Shown here: positions 47,394-58,867 of the stretch, piece after piece
How the letters are laid out: each line of letters begins with the position of its first letter
Numbering within the stretch: position 1 is the first letter of the stretch
Assembly: GCA_973895155.1 (NCBI GenBank)
Contig: OZ316892.1
Span: forward strand, 1,553,223 to 1,617,222
DNA from: Marsupella aquatica
Lineage: Eukaryota > Plantae > Marchantiophyta
DNA: 64,000 nucleotides
Reading direction: 5' to 3'
Program-made: the position numbers and the translations under genes
The notes under the pieces: generated by a model
The model's database searches: none
Told to the model about the DNA's origin: nothing
The model's input: only the letters and a program-made list of their open reading frames with translations

Positions 47394-49539
47394 AACTAGC
47401 AAAATGTACATTACAGGGAAATTTTGGTCTTCGCCATTCTGTAAAATGTCGTTCGGTTATTTCTCACGTAACGGGCCCCTGCAGATCTTCTGTATGATCT
47501 TGACAAGAATACTGTATCTACGAATTTCAAAATTGGATACTGATTCTCGAAGCCCATTGTCTATCGAATGATTGTCTTCATTATGTTCAATTTCAAGTAT
47601 CCTCTCTGCTTTGGCAAATTCTTGACTAATGTAAGAGTAACTTATTACGCCCCATTCTGCAATTCAATCTTCCACGCATCTGCACTCTTCAGATGGTGTC
47701 TTCGATGCACTGGCTGTAACAAAGTCGTGAGAATTATGTGTTTTTGAATTTTTGTACGTTTCTCGAGATCACAATTAAAAAATGTTCAATGAAGTAAACG
47801 CTGAACGCGAGGTTTTAGAAGCTTCAGAGAAGTCTCTTTCGCAAATGAGAGATATGCTTAGGCTCACTGTGCGATGAATTGTATGCTTGAATATTTTAGT
47901 ACGTTCCCCGAGATCATACTCATCATAACTTCAAAGAAGCATGAGATTTACTAGTGTATGGGCACCCAAAGAGTTGTCACCCATCAATCGAATACCCACA
48001 CATCGAGAGAGACTACCACGGTTATCACATCAAATGTGCCCTGATGTCAATGTGCCACATCGAGAGAGACTAACACTGTTATAACGACAAATGGGCCCTT
48101 AAACCAGCCTCGCTACTACAATCATCCTTCATTATTTTGCCAGTTAGGTCCAAAATCTTAGTAAATATCTGTTTACTGCACGAACCTGGATGACTGGAGT
48201 TACACTGATCTCTAAGGCCATTGTAATTCAACTGGGTTGAGGTGAGCCATGAGCTTACAAATCAGGCTTTTATCTTAGCCCCGGGTAGAAAGAGGATGCA
48301 ACCATTTGAAAGGATAACTCTAAGCCAGGAGACAATCTAAACACACCCAAATGTATCTCACCTTTGCACCTAATCACCATCCTCTTTTTTCTGGAGGGGG
48401 TGGGTGCAAACATTGGAGATGATAACCCTAAGCCAGGTGACAATCTGACACCAAATGACCTACTAGCCTTTGGAGCCGGCCCATGTCTAGAGTGAAAAGA
48501 GCAATAAAAAAAAAGGTAAATGAGAACAGGGTTTGGCCCAGTTTCACTCATCCACAAAGAGGGGCCAACAAATTGTATATACAATAAGAAGAATTTATGG
48601 AAAATTTGCAGACCATTTGCAAGAAAGCTACAGAACCTGAACCATGGTCTATGTGCCTGATCCAATGGGGTTCCCAAAATTGCTGGTAGATCCTATGGCT
48701 TAATATGCTTCCACAGGGGGAATGTAGCCGAGGTATACCCTATCCCATATTTACTAGCCCTTAAACTAGTCATAAGTTTTAGTTTAATTCCCCAAAGTGA
48801 ATAGAAATAAGGCACTCACAAGAGTGTTTTAGTACCTTACAACCATCATCTAGATTTTCAGGAAAATTAGTTCGTGGACCCCTGACTACTGCCGATTAGT
48901 TTGCACCTTAGAATAAATCTTGTTGAACATTTTGACCTCCAATGCTCTCTAATTGGACAACCCAGAAAAGTGATCCCCTCACAAATTCCACCGATCCACG
49001 CAACAGCAGCAGCTCACTCAAATTCCAGTGCATAGCCTTCATCAGGATTGATTGTATGTAACCTCCATCTCCTCTCCTTTTCTCCACTGGCTACCTCGAT
49101 ACACTAATGACACCAGATTGAACAGTGACCAAACCTTGACGCTCTGATTGAATTCTACTCGGTTGAGCTTTCTCTTCTCCCTCTCTCTATCAATCAATCT
49201 CTCAAGCAACCTCGTGGCAGGGAATTTGCAAGAGACCTCTCATGGGGGTCCGTAATCATTATCTAATTATGAACCCAACCCAAACATTCCAATACGGGAA
49301 TGTCATCTCCTGATTCTGGAATGTCATTTCCCGATACTTTTTTTCATTCCTTCAAATATTTTATTGTTGGCAACTCGGAAGTTTGAGTTCAAATGGCCCT
49401 CAACCCATTTCCCAAATTTATAAGAACAAAATGGGCTGAGGGCCCATGATCTTGTTGGTGATCAAAAAATTAGATTCATTCTCAATGTTATTATATTCTA
49501 AAATGCGTCTAAGTGTTTAGCACAAAAGATTTATTGAAA

Positions 49540-50120
49540 GTTGAGTGAGACACAAGATCATGATTTTATGAATTTGTATTGGTTTTGAATGAGCATCACA
49601 TTGGTACATTTTGTCAAGTACCAAATAAATCATGAGTTAATTACCAATTTTTCTAGGTTTCCAATGAGCCTCAGATTGACAAATTTTGTTAAATTCCAAA
49701 TGAGTTTTTGAATTTCTTTGTCTTCCAATGTGTATGACAATAAGAAATTTTGATCATGAGTTCATGAATTCTTTTAGATTTCCAACATTGAGTCCGACAT
49801 TGACAAATTTCATGTCAAATTTTGTCACGATACTTAAGAGATCATGAGATTTTAATGTCTCTAGCTTCCTAATGTGTGACGTTGGGAGTATTCGTCAAGA
49901 ATTAGAGAGATCACGAGTATCCAAATTTCTCTAGCTTTCCAATGAACCTAACATTGATAGAGTTTGTCAAGTACTAAGAAGATGATGAGCTTCTAATTTT
50001 GCTTTAGCTATCCAATGAGTGTGACATTGAGAGATTTTGTCAAGACATTACTATAGAGGTCATGAATATCTAAATCTTGATTTTGAGCTTTCCAATGAAT
50101 CCAACATTGACATATTCATC
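49540..50120. repeat. Degenerate AT-rich tandem repeat
   Basis: Recurring TTCCAATGAG...ACATTGA...TTTGTCAAG...GATCATGAG motifs. Confidence 0.6.
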
Positions 50121-50481
50121 AAGTATTTAGTTTTACAATGTGAAGCCAAAAGGGTTCTAACTATGTACATTTCTATCGATTGGTTTTTTTAAACTTGCAA
50201 ACAATCAAAATATATACAAGGATTTTGATGTAAAACACTAATATATCATTGACAAACATCAAAATGATAACTTTATTATACGGCTACAGTGAAAAAAATG
50301 ATATCTCTTCCTTTGTATTCTGTTTTTTTACGCTTAATACTTATGGCATAGTGCCCCATAATTTACTCGAATATGGACACAAACATGAAAAGTCCCTTTT
50401 TGTTTTGCTGCTCTGTCCTGTTTGTCACCATCCTCGCTGATGTGGCGCACTTTTGTGAATGGGTTAATGAGCCTACTAGGA

Positions 50482-51540
50482 TTATCCAAGGTGGCATTTC
50501 ATTGGCCCATGGCACATGGCACATGGCAGACCCACATTGGTTCTTTGAAAATAACCTAGTCCCCCTTTCCCATACCTGGCCACCCTGTCCCATGTCAAGG
50601 TGGCCCAATACTCAAGCAGTGTTTGTGAGTATAAGCTGCAGCAAAAATCTAGCCAGTCACATAACTAGTTTAATTAGCAAAGTACCTCCAATTTTGTAAA
50701 TGGCTTAATAATGTACCTCTACTACCATTATCCACCATGGCATTTCATGGATCCATGGCACCTGGCAGACCCACACTGCCTCTTTGCAAACCCTACCCCG
50801 CACCCATACCTGGTCACCTTGTCCAGTGCCAAAATAGCCTAATATCCAGGTAGTGTTCATGAGTATAATCTGCACCAAAAATCTAGCCAGTCACATGACT
50901 AGTTTAATTAGCAAACTACCTCCAATTTTGTAAATGGCTTAATAATATAGCTCTACTACCATTATCCACCATGGCATTTCACAGATCCATGGCACCTGGC
51001 AGACCCACACTGCCTCTTTGCAAACCCTAGTCCCCTGCACCCATACCTGGTCACCTTGTCCAGTGCAGTGTTCATGAGTAATATCTGCACCAAAAATCTA
51101 GCCAGTCACATAACTACCGGTAGTTTTAGCAAATTACCTCCAATTTGGTAAATGGGTTAATAATATAGCTGCACTAACATTATCCACGGTGGCATGTCAT
51201 TGGTCTATGGCACCTGGCAGACCCACATTGGGTCTTTGCAAACCCAAGTCCCCCACTCCCGTACCTAGTCACCTTGTCACATGCCAGAATGGCCCAATAT
51301 CCAGCAGTGTTCATGGTTATAGTCTGCAGCAAAAATTCAGCCAGTCACATAACTAGTTTAATTAGCAAACTACTGTACCTCCCATTTTGTAAATTGCTTA
51401 ATAATGTAGCTCCACTCCCATTATCCACGGTGGCATGTCATTCGTCCATGGCACCTGGCAGACCCACATTGGGTCTCTGCAAACCCTAGTCCCCCAGTCC
51501 CGTACCTGGTCAGCCTGTCCCTTGCCAGGGTGGCCCAATG
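50482..51540. repeat. Tandem repeat, about 220-245-bp unit, about 4.5 copies
   Basis: TTATCCA..(G/A)TGGCAT...CATGGCACCTGGCAGACCCACA starts near 50482, 50728, 50962, 51180 and 51421. Confidence 0.9.
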
Positions 51541-52196
51541 TCCCTTCAGAGATTTGAAAAAGAAAAGCGTTGAGTGATGGGTTCGCCAGAAAAAGAGTGC
51601 CCCAGAAAAAGCCAGGCTACTTAAATCGACGTGGCAAACTCGTCCCGTTTGACACATCGAGAGCCCAGAAGTTTCTGGTGATGGCGGAACTCTACTCTGT
51701 ACAGTAGTAGCAGTAGTAGAGAGCCTCTTCCCACACTTCCCTCCTCTGCCCACGCGACATCGTTCTCCTCTGCCTTTCTCCTTCAATCGATCTCCTTCAA
51801 TCGATTTGGTGGCCTTTGGTGGCAAGGCCCACCCCTTTCAATCGACCGAGAGCAGCTTTTTCGATTGATCGAGAGCTTGAGCTTTGAGCTTTGAGCTTTG
51901 AGCTTGATCCGTCTGGTGACGGCGTAGCTGAGAGGCATTTCTCTCTCTTGGGCACGGGCACGGAACAACAAGAGCAGAGACAGAGAGCGAGAGAGGGAGG
52001 AGAGCGCGCGAGCGGAGGGAGCAGTAGGAGCTTCGGTACGGGAGTACTCGTGACCAGAGAGAATTGCCTAGGTGGGAACTGGGAAGGGATGGAGCAGACT
52101 ACGGTCGGAGTGAAGTTGATAATGGACGTGGACTCGTTTCAATAGCCGCGAAGTCAGGTACCGCCGGAGGGCAGGTAGAAGGGAATCGATGCGAGA

Positions 52197-52526
52197 ATGG
52201 ATGAGCGGGAGGCGAAGCGCCAGCGGAGAAAGCAATCCAACAGGGAGTCGGCCAGGCGGTCGCGTCTTCGCAAGCAGGCTGAATGCGATGAGCTGGGAAA
52301 TCGGGTGCACGAACTGTCCATGGAGAACATGGCTCTGAGGAGGGAGCTCACCAATCTGGCTGAGGATAACAAGAAGCTGATGTCGGACCACTTGGCGTTA
52401 CTTGAAGAGCTTCGAAAGTACCGACCTGATGTCAACAAATGCAAGGAGGAGGCCACAATTCAATCAGGCGACACGAAAAAAGCGGCAGGCGACACCAAGA
52501 AGGCGGAAGACGAATGTGATAAGTAG
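52197..52526 (+). CDS. Short bZIP transcription factor (GBF/group-G-like basic region)
   Basis: DEREAKRQRRKQSNRESARRSRLRKQAECDEL followed by a leucine heptad; 109 aa. Confidence 0.8.
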   Translation: MDEREAKRQRRKQSNRESARRSRLRKQAECDELGNRVHELSMENMALRRELTNLAEDNKKLMSDHLALLEELRKYRPDVNKCKEEATIQSGDTKKAAGDTKKAEDECDK

Positions 52527-53049
52527 AACAGGCCGGCCCGCCTAAGCAAAAACCTCCTGTGTCTTTTCAGCGATTAGCATTTCTGCGTGAAGTGGACTAT
52601 TTTGCCAACAAACAATACGGCGGAGGTGGGTGAGGACTGAAAGAGGATAGTGAGCAACGAGTGTACATAGCACGTTGAAGATAGTGAGCAAAGACTATAG
52701 GATGATGGCGTGTTGAGGATTGCGCGCAAAGACTGTACAAAATTTGTTGAGCTACGCACATGTTGAAGACGTGCGCAAAGACTGCACCAAATTTGTTGGG
52801 CTATGTACATTTTTATCGATTCACCTCATTCTAGAATCAGCTGTTCGTTCTCAAATGCTAGTTTGGTGCTAATTATCAATTCCTATCACGCGGGATGAAA
52901 TTGCTAGAGTGATGAGAAGTTGAAGTGTCGATGCAAAACGTTACATCCAGTAGTCATGCTTGTAGTTGTCTATCCAAGGTGTTCAGTAGTTTTCAAAGGG
53001 TATTAGCAAGGATACATTGAAAGTATTTCAAAACTGGCATTCAGTTGGA

Positions 53050-53400
53050 TGTATTTACAGCAAGGGTATATTTGAAGCTCTCGAAGAATGTGTTTATAGT
53101 TAGATACCGGGGTGGATAGTTAATTGGACGCTAATTGTGCGACCATGAAGCGCAATGTAGGTGAGAGGGAAATTCCTGAGACCATTGCCATCGAGTTTGG
53201 TCCATCCAGTAGCATAATCACTTCAAACCATCAAGAAATAAGAAGAAACTGTATCATTTGGTTGGATAAATTTACAGCAAGGGTATAATTGAAGCTGTAG
53301 AGCTCTGGAAGAACACGTTTCTAGTCGGATACCTGGATGGATAGTTAATTGGACGCTAGTTGTACCACCATGAAGCGCAATGTAGGGTGAGAAGGAAATT
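53050..53400 (+). repeat. Direct duplication of about 125 bp
   Basis: TTTACAGCAAGGGTATA.TTGAAGCT...ACCATGAAGCGCAATGTAGG near 53055 and 53271. Confidence 0.75.
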
Positions 53401-54090
53401 TGATACTACTGCATGGATTAATCTCGTTCCCATGATTCCAGCTTCACTGAGCAACAGGGAAACTTTCAAATTACTTACCTGCCTCCCATTATCCTGGGCC
53501 ACTACTTCCCAAGCACCTTTCGTTCTTGCCAAATCATCTTCTCAGGACTTCTTGTTCGAAGTCCTTCCAAGATTGTTTGTTCGACAGCAATCCTATTGTA
53601 ATAATAGGTCCCACAGAAATCAACAGCTAAAAGTCAACGCAGAAACCTCTCACGCTACTGTGACAACACGAAATGCACTGTAATCTACTTCTGAGACGGA
53701 GGCAACGATAGGCAGCAAATTGTTAAACCTATCTTCTCTTGACAAGAGACAAAAATGCTGTGCGGCACACCGTATCCCGACTCAGGATCATTCAACGACC
53801 ACTGAAGTCCATCGGCTCTTAACATTGGAACACATGTAGCCATGCAAAACAGTTGAAGGGGCAGAGAGCAAAAATTGTTTTGGCACCTTCCACAATAATC
53901 AACGGTCGCAAGAATGCGAGCTGCCACTGATAATAAATATTTACAAAGTACAAGAATTGTGAAACACGGTATTGATGCTCCAATATGACTTTTCTTAGGC
54001 CAGGGAGCTCTTACTTTCAAGAATGTGCGGATAACAGCCCTGATTGCACTGCATCGTTCATTGTACTCACTCATTTCAACGGAGCAGAAC

Positions 54091-55677
54091 TCACATACGA
54101 ACGTGTGCTGGAATACTTCTGTGGTCAGCTACTTCTGTAATGGAGGCATTTTCTGGATTCGTCCGCCCTTGGTCTACTGACGACCCATTGACTGCTGCAC
54201 TTTCAGGTTTCCTCCAACCTTGATCTACTAGTGATCCTGTACCTGCAGGAAATATCTTGTCCGTCCCAGTTTCATCTACCCGTCTATCCCTAAATCGAGC
54301 AAAAAACTCGTCATCCGAAGACTTCAACATATTCCGCAATGAAATGTGGATATTCTTTCTCGATAAGAGCTCATGTCGTGGTCGGATCCTGTAATCGAGG
54401 CTGTAGCCAAAATACTGTGGGAATGATTTCAAATGACCCACATCACGACCCATGACATTGACCAAATATTCATACTTCGGTTGGAGATTCTGCTCCACCC
54501 CATAATTGAAAATTGCTGGGAAACGCACTACCATGGTTACCGCTTCACTATGTGACATTCCCAAAGTCTGAAGAAACTCTAGCTTAGGGAGGAGCTTACT
54601 TTGAATGCCGAAGGTCAAAATAGTGGCATTGTTGGAGACCAAAGAGTCCATGGAAGTGAAGCCGAGTCCTTCCAGATAATGCATTGTAGGCCGAAGTTGG
54701 CTGTCAACACTGGCAACCAACAACCTTGGACACCGGATGATCACTTTCCTCAAATCCACTTTGCGAAGTCCCACTTCTTTGAGCAGGAATTTCACTGCAG
54801 GGCGGAGATGATTCTTAACGCTTAGCTCAAGAATTTGGGGGGTCATCGACAAGATTCTCCCCAAGTCCTTTCTCCTCAGCCCACAGAACTCGAGATGGTC
54901 AATAACGGATTTTAATTTGTCTAAACTAATATTTACAATAGAAGGACACACCGCCAAAACTTTGCCTGTATCCACATCCACACTTTCCAATAACAAAATC
55001 TTCTCCTCGAGCTGACGAACATGATCAGAATTATATGACAAATCCACCGCCTTCTGTTGAATCTCGGGAGATACTGGCAAGCCTTCCAAGGACAAACGCC
55101 ATTTTTGTTTCTTTCCATTCACTTCCTTAGTCTCCCCTCTAGTTTCCTCTCTCCGAATGTTTGACACCGGCCCAGCTTCCTCCTCATGATCGTCATGATG
55201 CGTCAAAAAATCTTTTTTGTCCTTGGGTACCCTTAAAGGGGCACAAGTCACTATTGCATTCAAAAACCTTTCTTCACTCTGAATCCTAGCAGGGTTCAAT
55301 GCTATGTCATTCGCCTCAAGGGCAGGGGTATTGGCATATGATACAGGAGCCAAGGCTAACCCTGGAGGTAAGGCATCTCTAGCAGCACCTCTGATCTGCT
55401 GATTCAGCCCAAGCTTGCACCTTCTTGAGGAGTACGATCTCCGTACCCTTGAGCTAAGATTGGGCACCCACTTCTGCTGTCTAAAAACCATACTAAGCTC
55501 CACATCGTGTAAATAGGAGCTTTGGTTCCAAATTCTCGTGACCATTGCTCCACTTGCCCTGCGAATTCTGACATGACGCCCACGACTTCCCCCCGAGCCA
55601 GTAATTTCCGCTTCGTTCAAATGGCTATAGGTATTTGACCTCCAGCACTGCTCAAACTGGAGAGGAAGCGTCAGCAT
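54091..55677 (-). CDS. mTERF-family organellar transcription termination factor
   Basis: 528-aa intronless ORF with repeated mTERF units (CPSIVNISLD, TPQILELSV..HLRP, CPRLLVASVD.QLRP, FPAIFNYGVE.NLQPK, FPQYFGYSLDYRIRPRH). Confidence 0.9.
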   Translation of the reverse strand: MLTLPLQFEQCWRSNTYSHLNEAEITGSGGSRGRHVRIRRASGAMVTRIWNQSSYLHDVELSMVFRQQKWVPNLSSRVRRSYSSRRCKLGLNQQIRGAARDALPPGLALAPVSYANTPALEANDIALNPARIQSEERFLNAIVTCAPLRVPKDKKDFLTHHDDHEEEAGPVSNIRREETRGETKEVNGKKQKWRLSLEGLPVSPEIQQKAVDLSYNSDHVRQLEEKILLLESVDVDTGKVLAVCPSIVNISLDKLKSVIDHLEFCGLRRKDLGRILSMTPQILELSVKNHLRPAVKFLLKEVGLRKVDLRKVIIRCPRLLVASVDSQLRPTMHYLEGLGFTSMDSLVSNNATILTFGIQSKLLPKLEFLQTLGMSHSEAVTMVVRFPAIFNYGVEQNLQPKYEYLVNVMGRDVGHLKSFPQYFGYSLDYRIRPRHELLSRKNIHISLRNMLKSSDDEFFARFRDRRVDETGTDKIFPAGTGSLVDQGWRKPESAAVNGSSVDQGRTNPENASITEVADHRSIPAHVRM

Positions 55678-57859
55678 GTTTCTAGCTCCCCGCCAGCTTT
55701 AGGGTTCGCCTTCTCATCATCTGCATTTCATGCTTCATACGTCTCCACGATCCTCAACTTCTCCATCACGGCCGAATCTCCCCTCCTAGTCTCAGATTTC
55801 ACTTATAAATCTGTATACGATTCAAATCGACAGAAATCGACCCGATCATTCCGTATAATGGTGATACGAGCGCGGACGAACCATTCGACTTTATGGGCGG
55901 CTGATTGGCCGCGCAGTGGCCTTGATCTCACTAAAGGCAGGGATCACCGGACTACAACCCTTAATCCTGGCCGAAGATTGCACATATTTGCTCATCACGC
56001 AAGTGTCTTTCCTCGCTCTTCCCGGACATGAGCATAATTGCACTGCTATGAGTCCCACGGCTGCAACCACAGCGTATCAAAACAGTACATGAAACCGAAC
56101 CCCAGGGTACAAAAACCGCCAAACCAGCTCAAGTCTCGAACCTTCTCCTCATCTGGCAAATCACTCAATCAAACCAATCAAAAGAATCCTTGCAGCAGGT
56201 CAAGGGCAAGGAACGGGCACCCACCACCTGCTCAACCGTCGGGAGAAGAAGGAAACGATGATCTCAGGGTAACCGTCCACCCAATTGCAAATGTGGAGGG
56301 AGGAGCCATCCACAGAGCAGCTCGGTGTCGCTGCCTAGCGGCTGCTGTGGCATGTGTAGCAGAGGGCACTGGTGAGCTTCCTGCCTACTGTAACTTTGGC
56401 CAATCAATCAATCAAAAGAATCCATGCCGCAGTTCATGGGCAGAAACACCCAAAACAGCTCAAATCTCGAGCATCCTAGCTTTCTCCTGGTATGGCGAAT
56501 CAATCAACAAAATCCCTGCAGCAGTTCATCAGCGCAAAATCAACCAACACAGCTTGAATCTCGAGCTCTCTAGCTTTCTCCTCGTGGGGCAATCAACCAA
56601 TAGAACCACTGCGGCAGTGCATGAGCCAAAGCACCCAAAACAGCTCAACTCTCAAACTTCCTCCATATGCGGTGCTTCAGTCAACAGATCAATCACTGCC
56701 GCTGGTCATTAGCAACCCACGGTAGCACGGTGCAATTGGTGTGGGAGAAGGAGCGACAGGAAGGGAGGAAACGAGAGGAGAGACTGGCGATTGCATTACA
56801 CTGCTCGAGTCTTCCTCTTTTGTGGCCTAGAGGTCTAGCGAAACGTGCCTTCCAATTGGAAAGCAGAATGCAGATTGTGCAGATTCCATCCATTCCAAAG
56901 ATCTGCTCTAGCACCTGCCCACCCGGACCCCCACCCAATGGGTGAGTTGTCCACACCAGGTACAGTCCCATCCCAAAACGAAGGCCCTAGTCCCAACCCA
57001 AAAGAAGGCCCTAGTCTAAACCCAAAAGAAGGCCATGGTTTGAACTCACTCATTGATCAACCAAAATATGCTAAGAGCACTCCCACTGGCCCGCCAGCAG
57101 ATCCGGTAGGGAGCAAGGACAGAGGGGACAGTTTGAAAACCTCATTTGTGCCCCTGCCCGGGCGCACAAGCTTACAAGCTCCAAAGATTTGTTGTCCTTG
57201 GCAGGGAGTTTTTTCCTCGTAAGGCTGGCAGTCCTAAGTTCCACAATGTAGCCAAGACCAATCTACAACCCAAATTGGCCCTCTTACCTTTGATCAAACA
57301 TGTGTGTAACATTTAAACCACGGCTGGCAGTTTTTGGTGAGTGTGAAAGGCTGGGAAGCTTGTCGGACCCATCACGAACTCCAATACAGAGGGGTCTCAC
57401 GGGCTCGCTAAAGTCCCCAATGGTTGGGCTGTTCGGTGCACAATGGTGGAGATGCTTAAAAGGTAATATCACTTGGGTTAGGGACTTTCCCTCACTGTGG
57501 TTTGCACCCACGTCCTGACTGTGGGTCAACAAATACAACATGCTAACACACTTGCCTATCACACAAGATGGGTTAGTCCATTGACCCTGGCAAAGTCCTT
57601 TGCAGTCACTGTGAACTTCAAATTTGACAATAGTTTGCGACACCCGGGCATGAGGTTAGTGAACTCATAAAAATCTGGACTGCTTCTGGTTCTTTCTGGC
57701 TTGGCAAGAAACCCTGACTTGGTACATGAGAGCTGCAATACTGAAACTGAAGATCTTTGATTGTAGGTGCGACCTAGCATTATTCTAGTGGCAAAACTTT
57801 GCTAGGTTTCTTGTCTTCCCTCAGCCAGTTTCCCACCTAGCCACATACCCCAACAGCCA

Positions 57860-58180
57860 AAATCTTACAATTATCCTCAAATGTGGGGAGATCTAACGGT
57901 CAAAATTTAATCTAGTTAAATTAGCTAATAAACATTCCTCGTATCTTCTTCTTCTCCACCCTGCCCTGAAAGCAGAAACCTTGAAAATTACGCCTATGTG
58001 GCCTTCCCGACGCAGCAGCCAGAATCTTACAAGTATCCTCAAATCTAGGGAGATCTGACAGTCAAAAATTAATCTAGTAAAAATAGAAAATGAACAATTG
58101 TACTGTAGTATCTTCTCGTTCTCCACCCTGCCCAAAAAGCAAAAACCTCAAAAATGACGCCTACCCGGCCTTCCCCACTC
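57860..58180 (+). repeat. Two-copy degenerate tandem repeat (about 160 bp)
   Basis: AATCTTACAA.TATCCTCAAAT...GGGAGATCT.AC.GTCAAAA.TTAATCTAGT near 57861 and 58023. Confidence 0.7.
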
Positions 58181-58867
58181 AAATGTACCAAAAACTAAAG
58201 ACGCAAATCATGACCATGTGGCCCCATCCCGTCAAGGAGTCCCTTATCCACAAGCTAAAGACTGTAGTGATTGCCATGGACCCACCCCATCCAACCCAGC
58301 TAAGATACACCCACTTTGGTGTCGTAATCCAGTTCTTTATCAAACAACAACAAGGGGTTTTGAGCGTGACCATGCCCAATGATACATACAAAGCATATAC
58401 GGCACAAAATGTGTCTCTTGGTCCAAGGGCAAGAACGTCATCTGCCTTGTAAAGATATGCTTCTTCTTCTTCTTCTTCTTCTTTTCTTTCTTTTATTTTG
58501 TTTTGTTATTTATGTATGTATGTATGTATGTATTTGGGGGGGTTGAGTTATGTTGGGAAGATTGCAGTATCATTTCTTGAAGGGGCCAACAGTAATGGAA
58601 CATTCACACACGTAAGGAAGGCATCAAAGTTAATTGAGACAAAAATAAATTCACTAGAGAGGCGAGTTCATAAAACAAAAAGGCACACAAAAAGAGTGGT
58701 TATTGATACAGTAAAGTTCTGTTTAAAGGGCATCAATGCCCCCAAAAACTTGAACTTCAATTTTGAGTTTTGATGGGCTATTATTGCCCATAATACTCCT
58801 GAAACAGGGCCTTATTACACTTACACCACCACTGGCCATATATGCGGGGAAGTGTCCAAGACTTCCG

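Noticed and set aside
48700-48760. PPT-like AGGGGGAA followed by TGTAGCC (possible LTR start)
   Set aside because: No partner LTR, TSD or coding remnant could be identified.
56038-56712. 224-aa ORF
   Set aside because: Non-ATG start, built on degenerate CAATCAA.CAA repeats, no domain.
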